A stretch of 52,307 bases of DNA, counting the filler, from Jimgerdemannia flammicorona (Eukaryota): assembly GCA_003990765.1 (NCBI GenBank). It is 2 parts of 2 records of this genome, joined end to end, with 100 filler letters (N's around TTAATTAATTAA, not from the genome) between each part and the next. Parts side by side here need not be neighbours in the genome. Positions count along the whole stretch, not along the records: positions 1 to 26,107 come from RBNJ01000760.1; 1 more part is not named here. One strand, given 5' to 3'. Position 1 is the first letter of the stretch; each line of letters begins with the position of its first letter. Under the pieces are notes generated by a model that was not told the DNA's origin, did no database searches, and was given only the letters and a program-made list of their open reading frames with translations. This document shows, one piece after another, positions 1 to 11,289 of the stretch. Position numbers and translations under genes: made by a program.

Positions 1-112
1 AAACTTGACTGACTTTATTTCAGAGAAAATAAGAGAGGTATTTATACAAAATATAATTCAATGGTTGCTAAGATATAAAGCTAAATATAAATTCCAATAA
101 CTAAAACTACTA

Positions 113-285
113 AGTTCCAGGGCTGGCATTATCCAGTATTACATTAAAATACTGGTGCTGGAACAATTTCATGTCACCTCAGAATACCGGTACTGGCATT
201 ATCCAGTGTTACATGAGAATACCAGTGCTGGCATTATCCAGTGTTACATGAGAATACCAGTGCTGGCATTATCCAGTGTAACAAA
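113..285. repeat. 35-bp tandem repeat (GAATACCAGTGCTGGCATTATCCAGTGTTACATGA), about 4-5 copies
   Basis: Repeats read directly. They lie just upstream of the minus-strand TATA box, where U3 enhancer repeats usually sit. Confidence 0.85.
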
Positions 286-289
286 GAAC

Positions 290-1138
290 TTAGAGTAGAA
301 AGTTCAGGACTATGGGAGCTTCATCATCATTATCACTGAAGGAGATGAGGTCTGCGAATTCGTTGTGCAGGCCATGTGTCTCACGTACTTCGTTGTCATA
401 TGTTTCATGTTCTTTACATGCTTCGGGTATGTCATATGGGATGACGTCATCGCCAATGACATCATCACATTCGGCGGGGAAATTGGGGACAAAATCTGGA
501 GCTCTCCAGTCTATGAGGTTCTCTTCCACAAAATAGGGGACAAATGTGGGGTCTTGGGGAGATCTAACCCAGATGCTTGGGCCTTGAAATACTGAGATCA
601 ATCCTTGCAAGAATTGGTCTGGGTTGTCCTGAAGGATAGGGTGCCAGAAGTCTTCTACTTCTTCACTGTTGAGGGTGATGGTGGACTGGGCTTCTGTGGT
701 TACTCTGGCTTCTAGTGCATTGATATGGTGGGATGACAGGTCTCTGAAGTCTGAGACTCTAACATACTCCAAGTTGGGGATTGACTATAGTGCATGCCTG
801 AAGATCTGATGGATCTTCTTTGCTGTCCTTATCTCACGTAGGTCCATGGGAGTGGCATCTTGTAGCTCTTGAGGGCTGGCCTGTGGGAACTCCTGGCAGA
901 GGAGGTTTCCTATTTCGTATTTCTGCCATATTTGGAGGCATTCAGTGGCAATAGTGATCCTTGTTTCCATTTCGCGGCAGTAGAGAATGAAGTGATAGGG
1001 GTCTGTAGTACCCAGGTTGACACTAGGAGTCCTTCTTGAGCAGGTCCTCATGGCTCTTCTGATGTCTTGAAACATCCTTTCTTCGACCAAGATACCTTGA
1101 TGATTCCTTGACCTTGAGGTTTGGCAGGCAGCAGGCAT
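290..1138 (-). pseudogene. ~282-codon ORF of unknown function inside the putative LTR, split by one TAG
   Basis: ORFs 785-1138 and 290-772 are in the same frame (HAL*SIPNLEYVRV). The single TAG is consistent with CAG>TAG. The C-terminus is acidic. Confidence 0.6.
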
Positions 1139-1399
1139 TTTGTTTGTAGTAAGTCTTTGAGCTATTTTAGAATTGGTGGTTCTTATTGGTTGCTGCTACT
1201 GCGGTTCCTTAATCCTTTTTTTATATTCTTCAGAATGCTTGTGCTGTGGTCACAATGACTCACAGTTGGTCATCATTGCTCATCTTGTATGCTATATGAT
1301 CTTCTTGTACTCCGATCTGGTGGCTTGTAAAGAAAGGCTGTCTCCTGTACTGATGTCATCATTCTGAGGTCACTGTTACAATAAGTAGAATATTAAGTG

Positions 1400-3060
1400 T
1401 TGTCTACAGTAACTAAAGAAGCTATTTGGCTATATTAGCTATTAAAAGAACTTAGTTTTGGTCAAGAATAGCACTCTATACTCATTCATCAGAATAACTA
1501 GTTTATAATTACTATGGCCAAGAACTCTATTTATTATAATAAAATAAAACACATTGATATATAATACTATTATATAAGAAAATATATAGAGAATGAAACT
1601 ATATACTTAGAATATATTTCTATAAAATATATATATAATTGTAGATTTACTTACTAAAGCTCTTCTGAGATCTAAGTTCAAGCAATATACTAAATAAATA
1701 AGTCTTATAGTAAACTATATACTAATAATAGAATTATATATCAATAATAGATAATTACAAGATATTTTATAAATAGAAAACAATATATCTTTCTATATCT
1801 CTCAAGTAATATATTATAGTTATTTACTAGTTCTTCTTCTTCTATATTTGAGTTTTCCTATTATTAGAACCTATTTATATTCTTTATTTTTACTACAGTT
1901 TCTTATACTTTAAGTATAAGTGAATAGTATTCTTTTAGTATATTCACAGTTATTTTATAGTTATTATTTAGTTTTATTATATTTTTATATTTTTACTTAT
2001 ATTGCATTCTTATATATTATCTTATTGAGTAGGAGTATTAAAATTCCTATTATTTGATATCTTAATAATATAACCTAAATATATAATTATATATATATAT
2101 AACTATATTATCCTTAAGCTATATTGCTTAATATATAAAAATATAAGCAATTAATAAAAAATACTACTATGTACTCTTCTCTACTCCATATTTCCAACAA
2201 AGTTACAATAGCTCCAGAATAGTATAGTTATTTATTGACAATATATTATATCTCTATAGATTATCATCAATAATTATCTCTGATAGAGATGTAAAATTTA
2301 TAAGTAACTTCTAGTAAACACTCTTTAAGAGACTGAGAGTACAACTCAAGATATTTACTACCTATTATCTATAAATAGATAATCAAATAGAATGAGCTAA
2401 TCAAACTCTGAAGTAGATACTTAGTATCTACTATAACTATAAGTAGAATAATTGAGATAAAAAACTGACCTTAGCTGAATTTATATATAATAATATGTAG
2501 TATAAGTATAAGTATGAAAATGACTCTATTCTATCTGAACTATAGATAATACCCCCAAATTTCCAAAACTATCATATAAGCTATAGTATCAGTTATACAA
2601 GAAATCATTTATATTATATAAGATAATATCTAGTAAGTATATAATACTCTTATAGAAGTATAAAGAGTATAAATATTATATATTGACAAAAATAGAAGAG
2701 AAGTTACCTATGATAAAGGTAAATAAGTATTACTCAGTATATAATATCTGACTTTAGATAATATAAAACTAAAGAAGAAACTCAGACCCTACTATATTAG
2801 ACTATTTGAGATCTTAGAGAAGTATAGTCCTAATATATACAAGTTGGACCTTCTAGTAACTCTAAAAAAAATACACCCAGTATTTCATGTATTCTAACTT
2901 TAACTATATACTGAAAATATCTTTAAAGAAAGAACTATACTACTCTCAGATCTAATTATTATTAATTAAAAACTGGAATATAAGGTTGATTATATCTTAA
3001 ATTACAAGAACTGACAATTTAGATAAGCTGGATTCTGATAAAAAAGAGAAAAATATAATA
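1400..3060 (+). pseudogene. Heavily mutated Ty3/Gypsy (chromovirus-like) pol: integrase and chromodomain remnant
   Basis: Decayed rve motifs at ~2150-2560 (IISDRDxKF.SNF, STTYYL..D.Q.E.ANQTL, LAEF.YNN). A GPF-like motif and IHPVFHV follow at ~2790-2890, and EYKVDYIL (chromodomain start) at ~2975-3000. Confidence 0.8.
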
Positions 3061-3245
3061 ATTTATTATATAGTAATAAAGTAACTAGAAATTTCAATGG
3101 AATTTTCAATATAGTAGTCACAGTTACTCTATATAATATAACTATATATAGATATATTCAGTATACTATATTTAGCTACATGTATATATAACTCCAAACT
3201 ATATAAATACTCTCTATACTAAGTATATTGTAACCTCAGCTCTAC

Positions 3246-3276
<31 letters not shown>

Positions 3277-3919
3277 GACTTAAAGTTCTGTGGATTTTTA
3301 TTGAAAGAGAACCTAGACTATATAGGCCAAAACCCTCCTCCACTACCCATCAAGCACTGTCCTCCCATTAACCTAAGCTAGCTATTGTCCAGTAGCTTGA
3401 CCATACTAGGTACAGTAAGATCTATGACAGCCTATACCTCATTCTGTATACTATACTCTTCCTACCATCAGAAAGAACCTAGCTATATACTAATGACTGA
3501 AAGCACATACCTGAGACCCCATTGTATATATAAGGCCATGTCTGAGCTAAATAGAATAGCTCCTGCCACCTCAAGGAGGATGACAGGTAAAGAAAAACTC
3601 TCATCAAAGTATATTATTAGTGCTCTGAATAGATGGAGTTGATCCAGATGAGATTCAATTCAGATTCATCATGTAATAGATTCAAATCAACTTGGATTGA
3701 TCTATCTGGATTGATCCATCTGGATTGGTCCATCCAGATTGATCTATCCAGATTGATCTATTCAGATTGAAATCTTTGGTAACATTACCCTTTCTTTTGT
3801 TCATTTTACTCTTTTTTTTTTTTTTCCTACCATACTTTGGTAACATCATCTTTTCCTTTTGCTCCCTCTCTTCTTTTGTTCTTTTCTTTATTCTTTTTCT
3901 TTATTCTTTTCTGCCACAT

Positions 3920-6058
3920 TATGAGCAAATAAAACAGCAGCCCTTAATTCATATGTTGGTCCAGTCTACTCATTTTTCACCCTGCAATGATCATCAAAAG
4001 AGAGAGTATTTGAGGTAAAAATATACTCTCTGCTGACAATGTTAGATTCTTTCTCATATGGATAGCACACAAGTTGCTCATTGAGAGCCAAAGGGGTGAT
4101 GGCAGTAGTGGTGGTGATGGTAATAGCAATAGCAGTAGTGATGGCAGTAGCAATGACAGAGATGAGAGAGAATTCCAGCAATAACTCATGGCAGCCCTTC
4201 AGACCTCAGAATTCACAGACCTCATAGCTATATATATGGCAGCCTTTTTGAGCAGCTGATAGTAGATATAGATTGCTCACTCAGCCACCACTTATTTACT
4301 TGTGTTTATTTAAATTTTCCCAGTACAACTCAATTTATCTTATGCTTTTCTTAGGGTCCACAGCTCTATGGTAAGATCTGCTGACTTTATTTGCAACATC
4401 TGGTCAAGATGAAAAAAGGCTGGTAGATGTTGTGGGGCATACCTTTGGTGGCTAAGCTATTGAGTCAATGCATTGTATGGCAGAGATCTCAAAAGAAATA
4501 GAAGCAAGCCTTCATGAGCAATCTTATACAACTTGTACAACTCATTGGCATACAACTCATCAGTATGCAGCTCACTCACTCACTCACTCATGCTCTTTTT
4601 CTAAAATACCCATCTCTGTGTTTTATTTAATATTATTTTTATGTGGTCTTCCTCTAAAAAACACCTACACCCACATATAACCCATCTGTATACAACCCAC
4701 CTGCACACAATCTACCTGCATACAACCCACCTGTATACAACCCACCCACATACAACCTGCCTATATGCAACCTGTCCACATGTAACCCATCTGCATGCAA
4801 CTCATCTACATGCAACCTATCCATATACTTATCTCAGTTCCTCAGATCAGAGCTCAGTTCCATTAGAAAGGAGAGTTCAAAGTTACCTGAGTTCAACCAC
4901 ATCTGGCATCTGATCAAATAGAGAAATTTGAGGGCAAAATGTTCAGCATGAGCAGTACCAGTATTATTATCAAGGCTTAGGGGTCGAAATTCAAATCAGA
5001 GCCAATCATTCTCGACCAAGGGGTCCATTGGTCAGCAGGAGTAACCAATGACAAAGAGAACCATATTATTATTAATGAACATGGAGAGGTGGTTGCAATA
5101 GTGATAAAGAACCTCTATGGCAATGAGCTTTGCTGCTATATCAATAAGATTTGTGAGGATTGTATCAAATACCAGGTGACAGGAAAGAGGGGGTGAAGAA
5201 AGCAAGGAGAGAGGGTTTAGATGGGAATTGGATATACTGTAACACTGGTGAAGGATGGGTTCCAGAGTTCCGAAATCCCCTGCACTCATCTTCCTTTTTT
5301 TTAACTCCTTCCTAGATAAATCACACTCTTTGCTGACATACTCTTTTTGATACAATTTCAGAGATGTATAAGATTCTGTACCTCTACCAGAACTTTAGAA
5401 GTGCCATCAAAGAGCAAACTACATGTGAGCACAACACAGCCTGTGCAGTAATAGTAGCTATAATCTGGGGTTCTTTGAGCAGATTGGTAGAGCATATGGC
5501 AGACCAGCTTGGTGGTGATCTTGGCATAGCTGTATATACATTCTTGGTACAATTTAGCATACCATATGAGGTGAGGAGCTCTGCTTTTTGGGAGTGCTAC
5601 AGCCTGGGGGGTTTCTGCCCCCCTACATGCAAAAAGGACTGACTGGTTACCATCCATTTCAGCAGGTTTCCAAGCCAGGGCTCCTGGGGCTAGACTAAGG
5701 GCAGGCATCTACCAGCACAGCCTGGCAGTATGAGGTCTTGGGCCAAGGGTTCACCCAACTGTATACTTATATCACATCAGGATACATCAGATACAACCTT
5801 TATCTGCCTACACACACAGACAACAATATCACCCCAGTAATGTTTTATATCCTGGAAAGAAAGGGCCCAACCTGGGAGGATAGTGGCAGAGTCTGGTACA
5901 ACCTTACCTACAGTTTCAGGGTTCCATTTGCAGCCAACATGGCCATTCTATTCTAACCACATGACCACCATGGCACTGTCACCTTCAAGGAGAGCTCAGA
6001 TACAACAGTTATTGTACTCACAACAGATGATAGGCTTACCAAGGCCTGGGATCAGTGA
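3920..6058 (+). pseudogene. TET/JBP-like 2OG-Fe(II) dioxygenase, spliced and decayed; cargo of the hAT element
   Basis: Manual translation through C>T stops gives LASDQIEKFEGKMF..HIIINEHGEVVAIVIKNLYG..GERV*MGIGYT / YQNF..AIIWGSL..FLVQFSIPYE / intron 5571-5662 / WQYEVLGQGF..SGYIRYNLYLPT-HTD (5813-5821)..SGRVWYNLTYSFRVPFAANMAILF*PHDH-HGT (5969-5977)..VIVLTTDDRLTKAWDQ. The 5' exons upstream of ~4840 are uncertain. Confidence 0.72.
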
Positions 6059-6339
6059 GTGGAGCAGTTTTTGTAAGGGTTAGACAATCTTTCACAAGGG
6101 TTAGACAATCTTTTGTAAGGGTTAGGCAGCTATTTTGTGTAGGTTAGGCAGTCTTATATAGGGGGATTGGGCCAGGTACCTCTTCTGTAGCACTAGCTTA
6201 GCCATTATGTAGGGCCCTACTAGCCTCTTGGCCCTGCTCTATAGTGCCACCAGTGTGGTACTATAGCACAGGGCTGGGGTGCTCATGGGACCTGAACTGG
6301 TGACTTTGACTGCCAGAAGCACCCTCTGCCCCAGACTCC

Positions 6340-6890
6340 TTGACAGCTTGGGGCTGCCCCTATACTGCTAGCAGAGGGCTATAAATTTTGCACACTCCCT
6401 CTGCCTGCCCCACCTGTCCCAGACACTTACAGCTTGGGACTGCCCCTTGCTGTTGGTGGAGGGCTGCAAATTTTGCACACTCTCTCTACCAACCCTGCAC
6501 CTGCCAACCTACCAACTGATCCTGCCCACTAATCTGAGTGCTGACAGCTTGGGGCTGCCCCTCACTGCTTGCAGAGGATCACAAATTTTACATACTCCCT
6601 CCGCCTACCCCCCCTCTGCCTTACTCCCCCCCTGCCAACTCCCCCCCCACTAACTCCTCTGACCTGGACACTTACAGCTTAGGGCTGCCTCTTGCTGCTG
6701 ATGGAGGGCTGCAAATTTTGCATACTCTCTCTACTGACTCTATGCCCACCCATCAACCTGCCCACTGACCCAGGCACTGGCAGCTTGGGGCTGCCCCTTG
6801 CTGCTGGCTGAGGGCTGCAAATATTGTGTGCTCCCTCTGCCGCTACTGCCAATCCTGCCCCACTTAGGCTGCAAACTCTGGGCTGAGTCT
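6340..6890. repeat. About 5 degenerate ~90-130-bp tandem units between the converging 3' ends of the dioxygenase and transposase genes
   Basis: ACAGCTTGGGGCTGCCCC...GAGGGCTGCAAATTTTGCACACTCCCTC recurs at ~6343, 6429, 6545, 6675 and 6780. Confidence 0.8.
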
Positions 6891-6999
6891 TTAGGTTTTT
6901 TTTCCCTTTTTTATTATTTTTGAAAGGTATTAAATATTCCACAAGACTAACCAACTTATCTGCAGACCTGCTGAATTTTAGCAGCCTGAGCCCCACTAA

Positions 7000-9530
7000 G
7001 ACTTCAGATATATATATACTCAGATTGTCTCAGCATTCAGCATACACCTCTTTGGGGCAACAAGGTCCACCCCACCTGAGAACATCTGCTTGATGGGAGC
7101 ACTGGAGGCAGGAATTGCTAGGTAGTCCCAAGTCATACCACACAGGCTGGGAAAGTCCATTTAATGCAGCTGCACACCCTGGTGGATAGAGTGGTGGTTA
7201 GATTGGTGGGTTAAATTGGCCCAACACCCACCTGACAACCTACCTTCCACCAGTTGAGCACCTCCATGTCCTCCAGCAGGACCACATAGTTACTGGTGAG
7301 GTAAATAGTAAGTTCATCTATTGATGACAGCTCTTCTACTGATAGCTCCCTCTTCCTCTTTCTGCTGAAGTAAATGTGGGACAGGAGGGATCCCTTGATA
7401 TATTTATCTGGACTTTGGCCAGAACCTTGCAGCTGTGCATAGTTTTTCTGGTATACTTTGATTATGGCCTGCTTGGTTCTCTCAATAAAGTGCTGCTCTC
7501 AGCCCTGATCTTTATAGTATTGTAGCTTTAAGCATGGGTCTAGTACTGTTTGAAGAAAAGGAGAGTGAGTTTTTGTAGGGATTCCTCTATTTTGGAAGGG
7601 GCAATAGCCACATGCTGACATTGACATACTTGTACTGATTGAGTATATGGCAGTATCTGTTCAAGAGTAGTATTTTCTGAACTTGCTTAGAGCAACCTTC
7701 ATGGTGTCTCTCTGATTCAGGCTTAACCATAAATCACTACAACCCTCCAGCTTGTCCTCGAGCTTGTCCTCTAGCTAGTCAATCAGAAGGTTGTATACTG
7801 ATATTGCAGAGCTTATTGTTGGGGTCGTTTGTTTGACTATATCCTTTATACAATCATTGAAACACTGGCAGTTATATGTGGTGAGGTATTATATTATACA
7901 GAGGAAGACAAAATGAGTGTAGAGTCAGAGCAATCACTACTTACTTCCAAAACTCTGACAATATTTCTAAGTATGTCCCACTCACTTTCACCTAGAGCCT
8001 CAGCCTATATTTCCTTATTGGCAGCCACTATTGAATCTATTGGCTTTTTTTGTTTTTTTTTTTTTTTAAAAAATAAATCTTCTATTATCTGAAATAAGTT
8101 GCTTTAGCTGACTGAAGAAAAAAAGAATGCATACCACAGCAAACTCCAGCACATACTGGATCATTGTAAATATTGAGTTCTAACATATACAAACATCCAA
8201 TATAAGCTCTTTCAGGGCTAAATAGATTGCCCTATACTGCACAGTGAATTTGTCTCATCATTGTAGAGATGATTGGACTGACACAACCAGTTTGCACAGC
8301 TTAGAAATTATACTCAGGGCCCCTCCTCTCTCAGATGTTTTGTTTATATGCATAAGATAGTCCTGAATAGTGAGGTTCAGTATATGGGCCTGGCATTGCA
8401 TACAGTAGCTTTCTGCACTGAAGGCCACATTTTCCTATTTGAGACTGGCTGCTAAAACTTGGAAAAATATTGAGTTGTTTGTGGCATTGTCCATCATAAT
8501 GGCCAAAATCTGTACTTGAAATATTCAGTTGGCGAATTATGTGAAAATAAATAACCAATAAAATCTATTTTATTTAAGGACCTCCCTCAAAATACTGATC
8601 TAATGGCAAGCCCCCCTTTTTTTACCTTCATTGTGATCCTAAGCTCCCAGATATAACTAATAAAAGCATCTATAATATTGTCTCCAGAATGAGGGCCAGC
8701 AAGTTTGATGAAGTCAAGGGTGAGAGATTTAAGCTGCCAATTGAGGTCAATTCAATGACCAGTAATGCCCAGAAATAAAATTGCATTGGGGGATGTCTAT
8801 GTATTGATCATAAATGAAATTTTGCCTGCCAAATTCTGCTTATTGAATATAAGATTAAATTGGTGAGCTCTTTTATATAATTCAGCTTGCAAAGGTCATG
8901 GTGCTGCCCTTATTTTACCTGAAGTATCTGGTAGAGATTATCATACTTCTTTCTATAGGCCTCCAGGACATCTTTGTAAATAGTATTGGTACTTAGTAAA
9001 TATAAATCATACTTGAGGAGACCAAAGATACTATGCAATTGATCACTCTTGATGGTTGTAAATAGCTGGTCTGTATATATAATCCAGTGAATGAGCTAAT
9101 TTCGAAATTCTGCTAAAGAGTATAGCTAAATATTTTTGATTAAATAATATTGTTAGTACAGAAATGATTGGGTAATTGGATAAATATACTCATCACAGCT
9201 TGGATATCGATTTTATTTATCTCTATGTTCTTTTTGATTTTGTCAGAGTGCTTGTCTTTTATATGTTGATTCATGTTTGAAGTCATACTACTAAGCATTT
9301 TGAACTTCTGGCTGGTGCAGTTTATGGGGGTGGATGAAATAATATCATATATATATCAAACAAGTCAATAGGTATATCTTAATTTTTTATCTGCAATAAT
9401 TACAAACAACATCATCTCCTATCTTAGCACAATATTGCTAGATTTCAGAGTGAGAATTACATGGAAGGTGTGGAACTATCAGAGATGTTTGACTTGAAGC
9501 ATCATCAATACTGTGAACTGTTGAAGACTG
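7000..9530 (-). pseudogene. hAT (Ac-like) transposase, intron-containing, with many stops
   Basis: Minus-strand motifs: LIHWIIYTDQLFTTI, GKISFMINT*TSPNAILFLGITGH*IDLNWQLKSLTLDFIKLAGPHSGDNI, TVLDPCLKLQY, and the dimerisation domain FPSLCGMTWDYLAIPASSAPIKQMFSGG. Confidence 0.92.
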
Positions 9531-11289
9531 ATCTGTTGATATGTATATTTATATGTTTGCATATGCATGTATATATATGTGTATGTGTTATGTATATATA
9601 TATGTGTATTATATATATGGACATATCTGGTATATGAGTCATGTGGAGGATTTGGATTAGAGGATTCAGTTGAAGAATTCAGATGAGGATTCAGATTGAA
9701 GAATTTGAATTAGAGGATTCGAATTGGAGGATTTGGATTGGAGAATTTGGATTAAGTAATTTAGATTGAGTAATTCAGATTGAGTGATTCAGATTGAGTG
9801 ATTCAGATTGAGTGATTTGGATTGGAGTGGTTTGGATGGGTAATTTAGATTAATCTGAGTTGATTCAGATGGCTTTGGATTTGAGATTCAGATCAAACCA
9901 TTATGTAATGAATCAAATCCAGATTTGATTCGAATTGACTTGTTCAGAGTACTATATATTATGGTGGGTAAGACCTAGTTCTTCTAGCTGAGGTGAGTAA
10001 AGAACTTATAACATAAGGTGGAAGGAGACCCCCAATATCCCACTACTCAAGCCTACAGACTTCAATCATATTACCATATCAGCTTCCAGTTCCAGTTAAG
10101 TACAGCCAAGATGCCTGAAATAGGTAGCCTCAGACCCCGACCCCCCCCAATGACTGGGGCCCAATCCACTGAATTACCAAAAGAAGCCAAGAGTGATACC
10201 TACTATCTAACTGCTCCACATTAATCAAAAGACCCCACTAAAGTAGCACTTACCTCAGCCCCAACAACTGCCCCCAGCCTGATACTCTACTGGTTCACTG
10301 TAATCATCCTTCCTCCTATCTGTGATGGCTATCTCTCCTCCCATTCCAACAATACCCAAAAAACAGTCATCTATATCAGAACTATGCTTGCCAAGAAGCT
10401 CACCAAAGCCAGAGGGCCCCACTACAGGTACCAAGGATCTGTAGATAACCTATACTAGGCACTTGATGCCCAAGATTGGCCAACTTCCTATATAACCTAT
10501 GATGCATTAAGACAATACCTTGTTGGTAACAGCAAAAGGAAGAAGGTGCTATATCAAAATAGATGTACTCCAGATATAGCTGAAGACATCAGAATCTATA
10601 AAAAAGTAGAGAAAACACTGATCAGATATTAATAAAAGGGCAACTCATCACTATTGCCTCCCTCCCACTACCCTGCCTCAGCTCTACTTTCTCTGAATAT
10701 AAGAATAAAGTAATATTCTTATTAGAACTCTCAGATCTAACTTGTTAATAATTCTGAGTCTGATCAATTTAAGATATAAGTATAGTATCTCTATTAATAT
10801 AAAAACTCAAAAGTAATACTAAGATTCTATCTCTATAATAGGTAGAAGAAACTTACTATAATAAGTATTTAGAACTTAGTGCTTTCTTATAGAACTCAGA
10901 ACTTAGGACTAATATTTATCTTAATTATCTGTAATATATTAATTCTATTAATATGTATATAGTTTTATTTTACTTTATATTTACTTAAACTAATAATTAA
11001 AAATATCAAGATTGGATATAGTATTAATAGAAACAAACAAGTAGACAATGAATAAGCAGACAATGGTCAAACTTCCCTCTTATGGTCACATGATCATATC
11101 TACTTTACAAGTACTACTATAAGTCAAAAATAAGATTTTTCAAAGTTATAAAATATTAAAATATTTAGAAAAAGGGCTTCATAGATTTATAGCTTAATAG
11201 TTTTCTTACAATACTGTGAAGCCTTTTTTGAAAAAATGTTTTTTTTGAGTATTGACTTGGTGCACCATATCTTTTTTTTTTTTTGCTCG

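Larger units (their letters stand above)
1..1380 (-). mobile_element. LTR of an LTR retrotransposon (long U3), truncated by the window edge
   Basis: The minus strand begins TGTAAC at 1380. A TATA box (TATAAATA, rc of ~39-46) is followed by AATAAA (rc of ~14-19). Composition changes abruptly at 1380. Confidence 0.6.
3618..9954 (-). mobile_element. Full-length hAT DNA transposon (6.3 kb) with cargo gene
   Basis: TIRs TAGTGCTCTGAA / TTCAGAGTACTA. Perfect 8-bp TSD TATATTAT at 3610-3617 and 9955-9962. GATT/AATC-rich subterminal repeats at both ends, and an internal hAT transposase. Confidence 0.95.
3246..10675 (-). mobile_element. Non-autonomous poly(A) retroposon copy 1 (3246-3617 plus 9955-10675), interrupted by a hAT element
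   Basis: Poly(T) at 3246-3272. TSD CCTCAGCTCTAC at 3234-3245 and 10676-10687. Homologous to the copies at 15016-16219 and 48817-50005. Confidence 0.9.
3110..10840 (+). mobile_element. 3' LTR of the chromovirus-like element, split into ~3110-3245 and ~10676-10840 by nested insertions
   Basis: TATAAATA lies at ~3200 and AATAAA at ~10704. The sequence is continuous across the CCTCAGCTCTAC duplication. Outer boundaries are approximate. Confidence 0.5.

Noticed and set aside
5032..5708. Minus-strand ORFs of 107 and 116 aa
   Set aside because: They are antisense to the dioxygenase exons. The plus strand has the motifs and splice signals.
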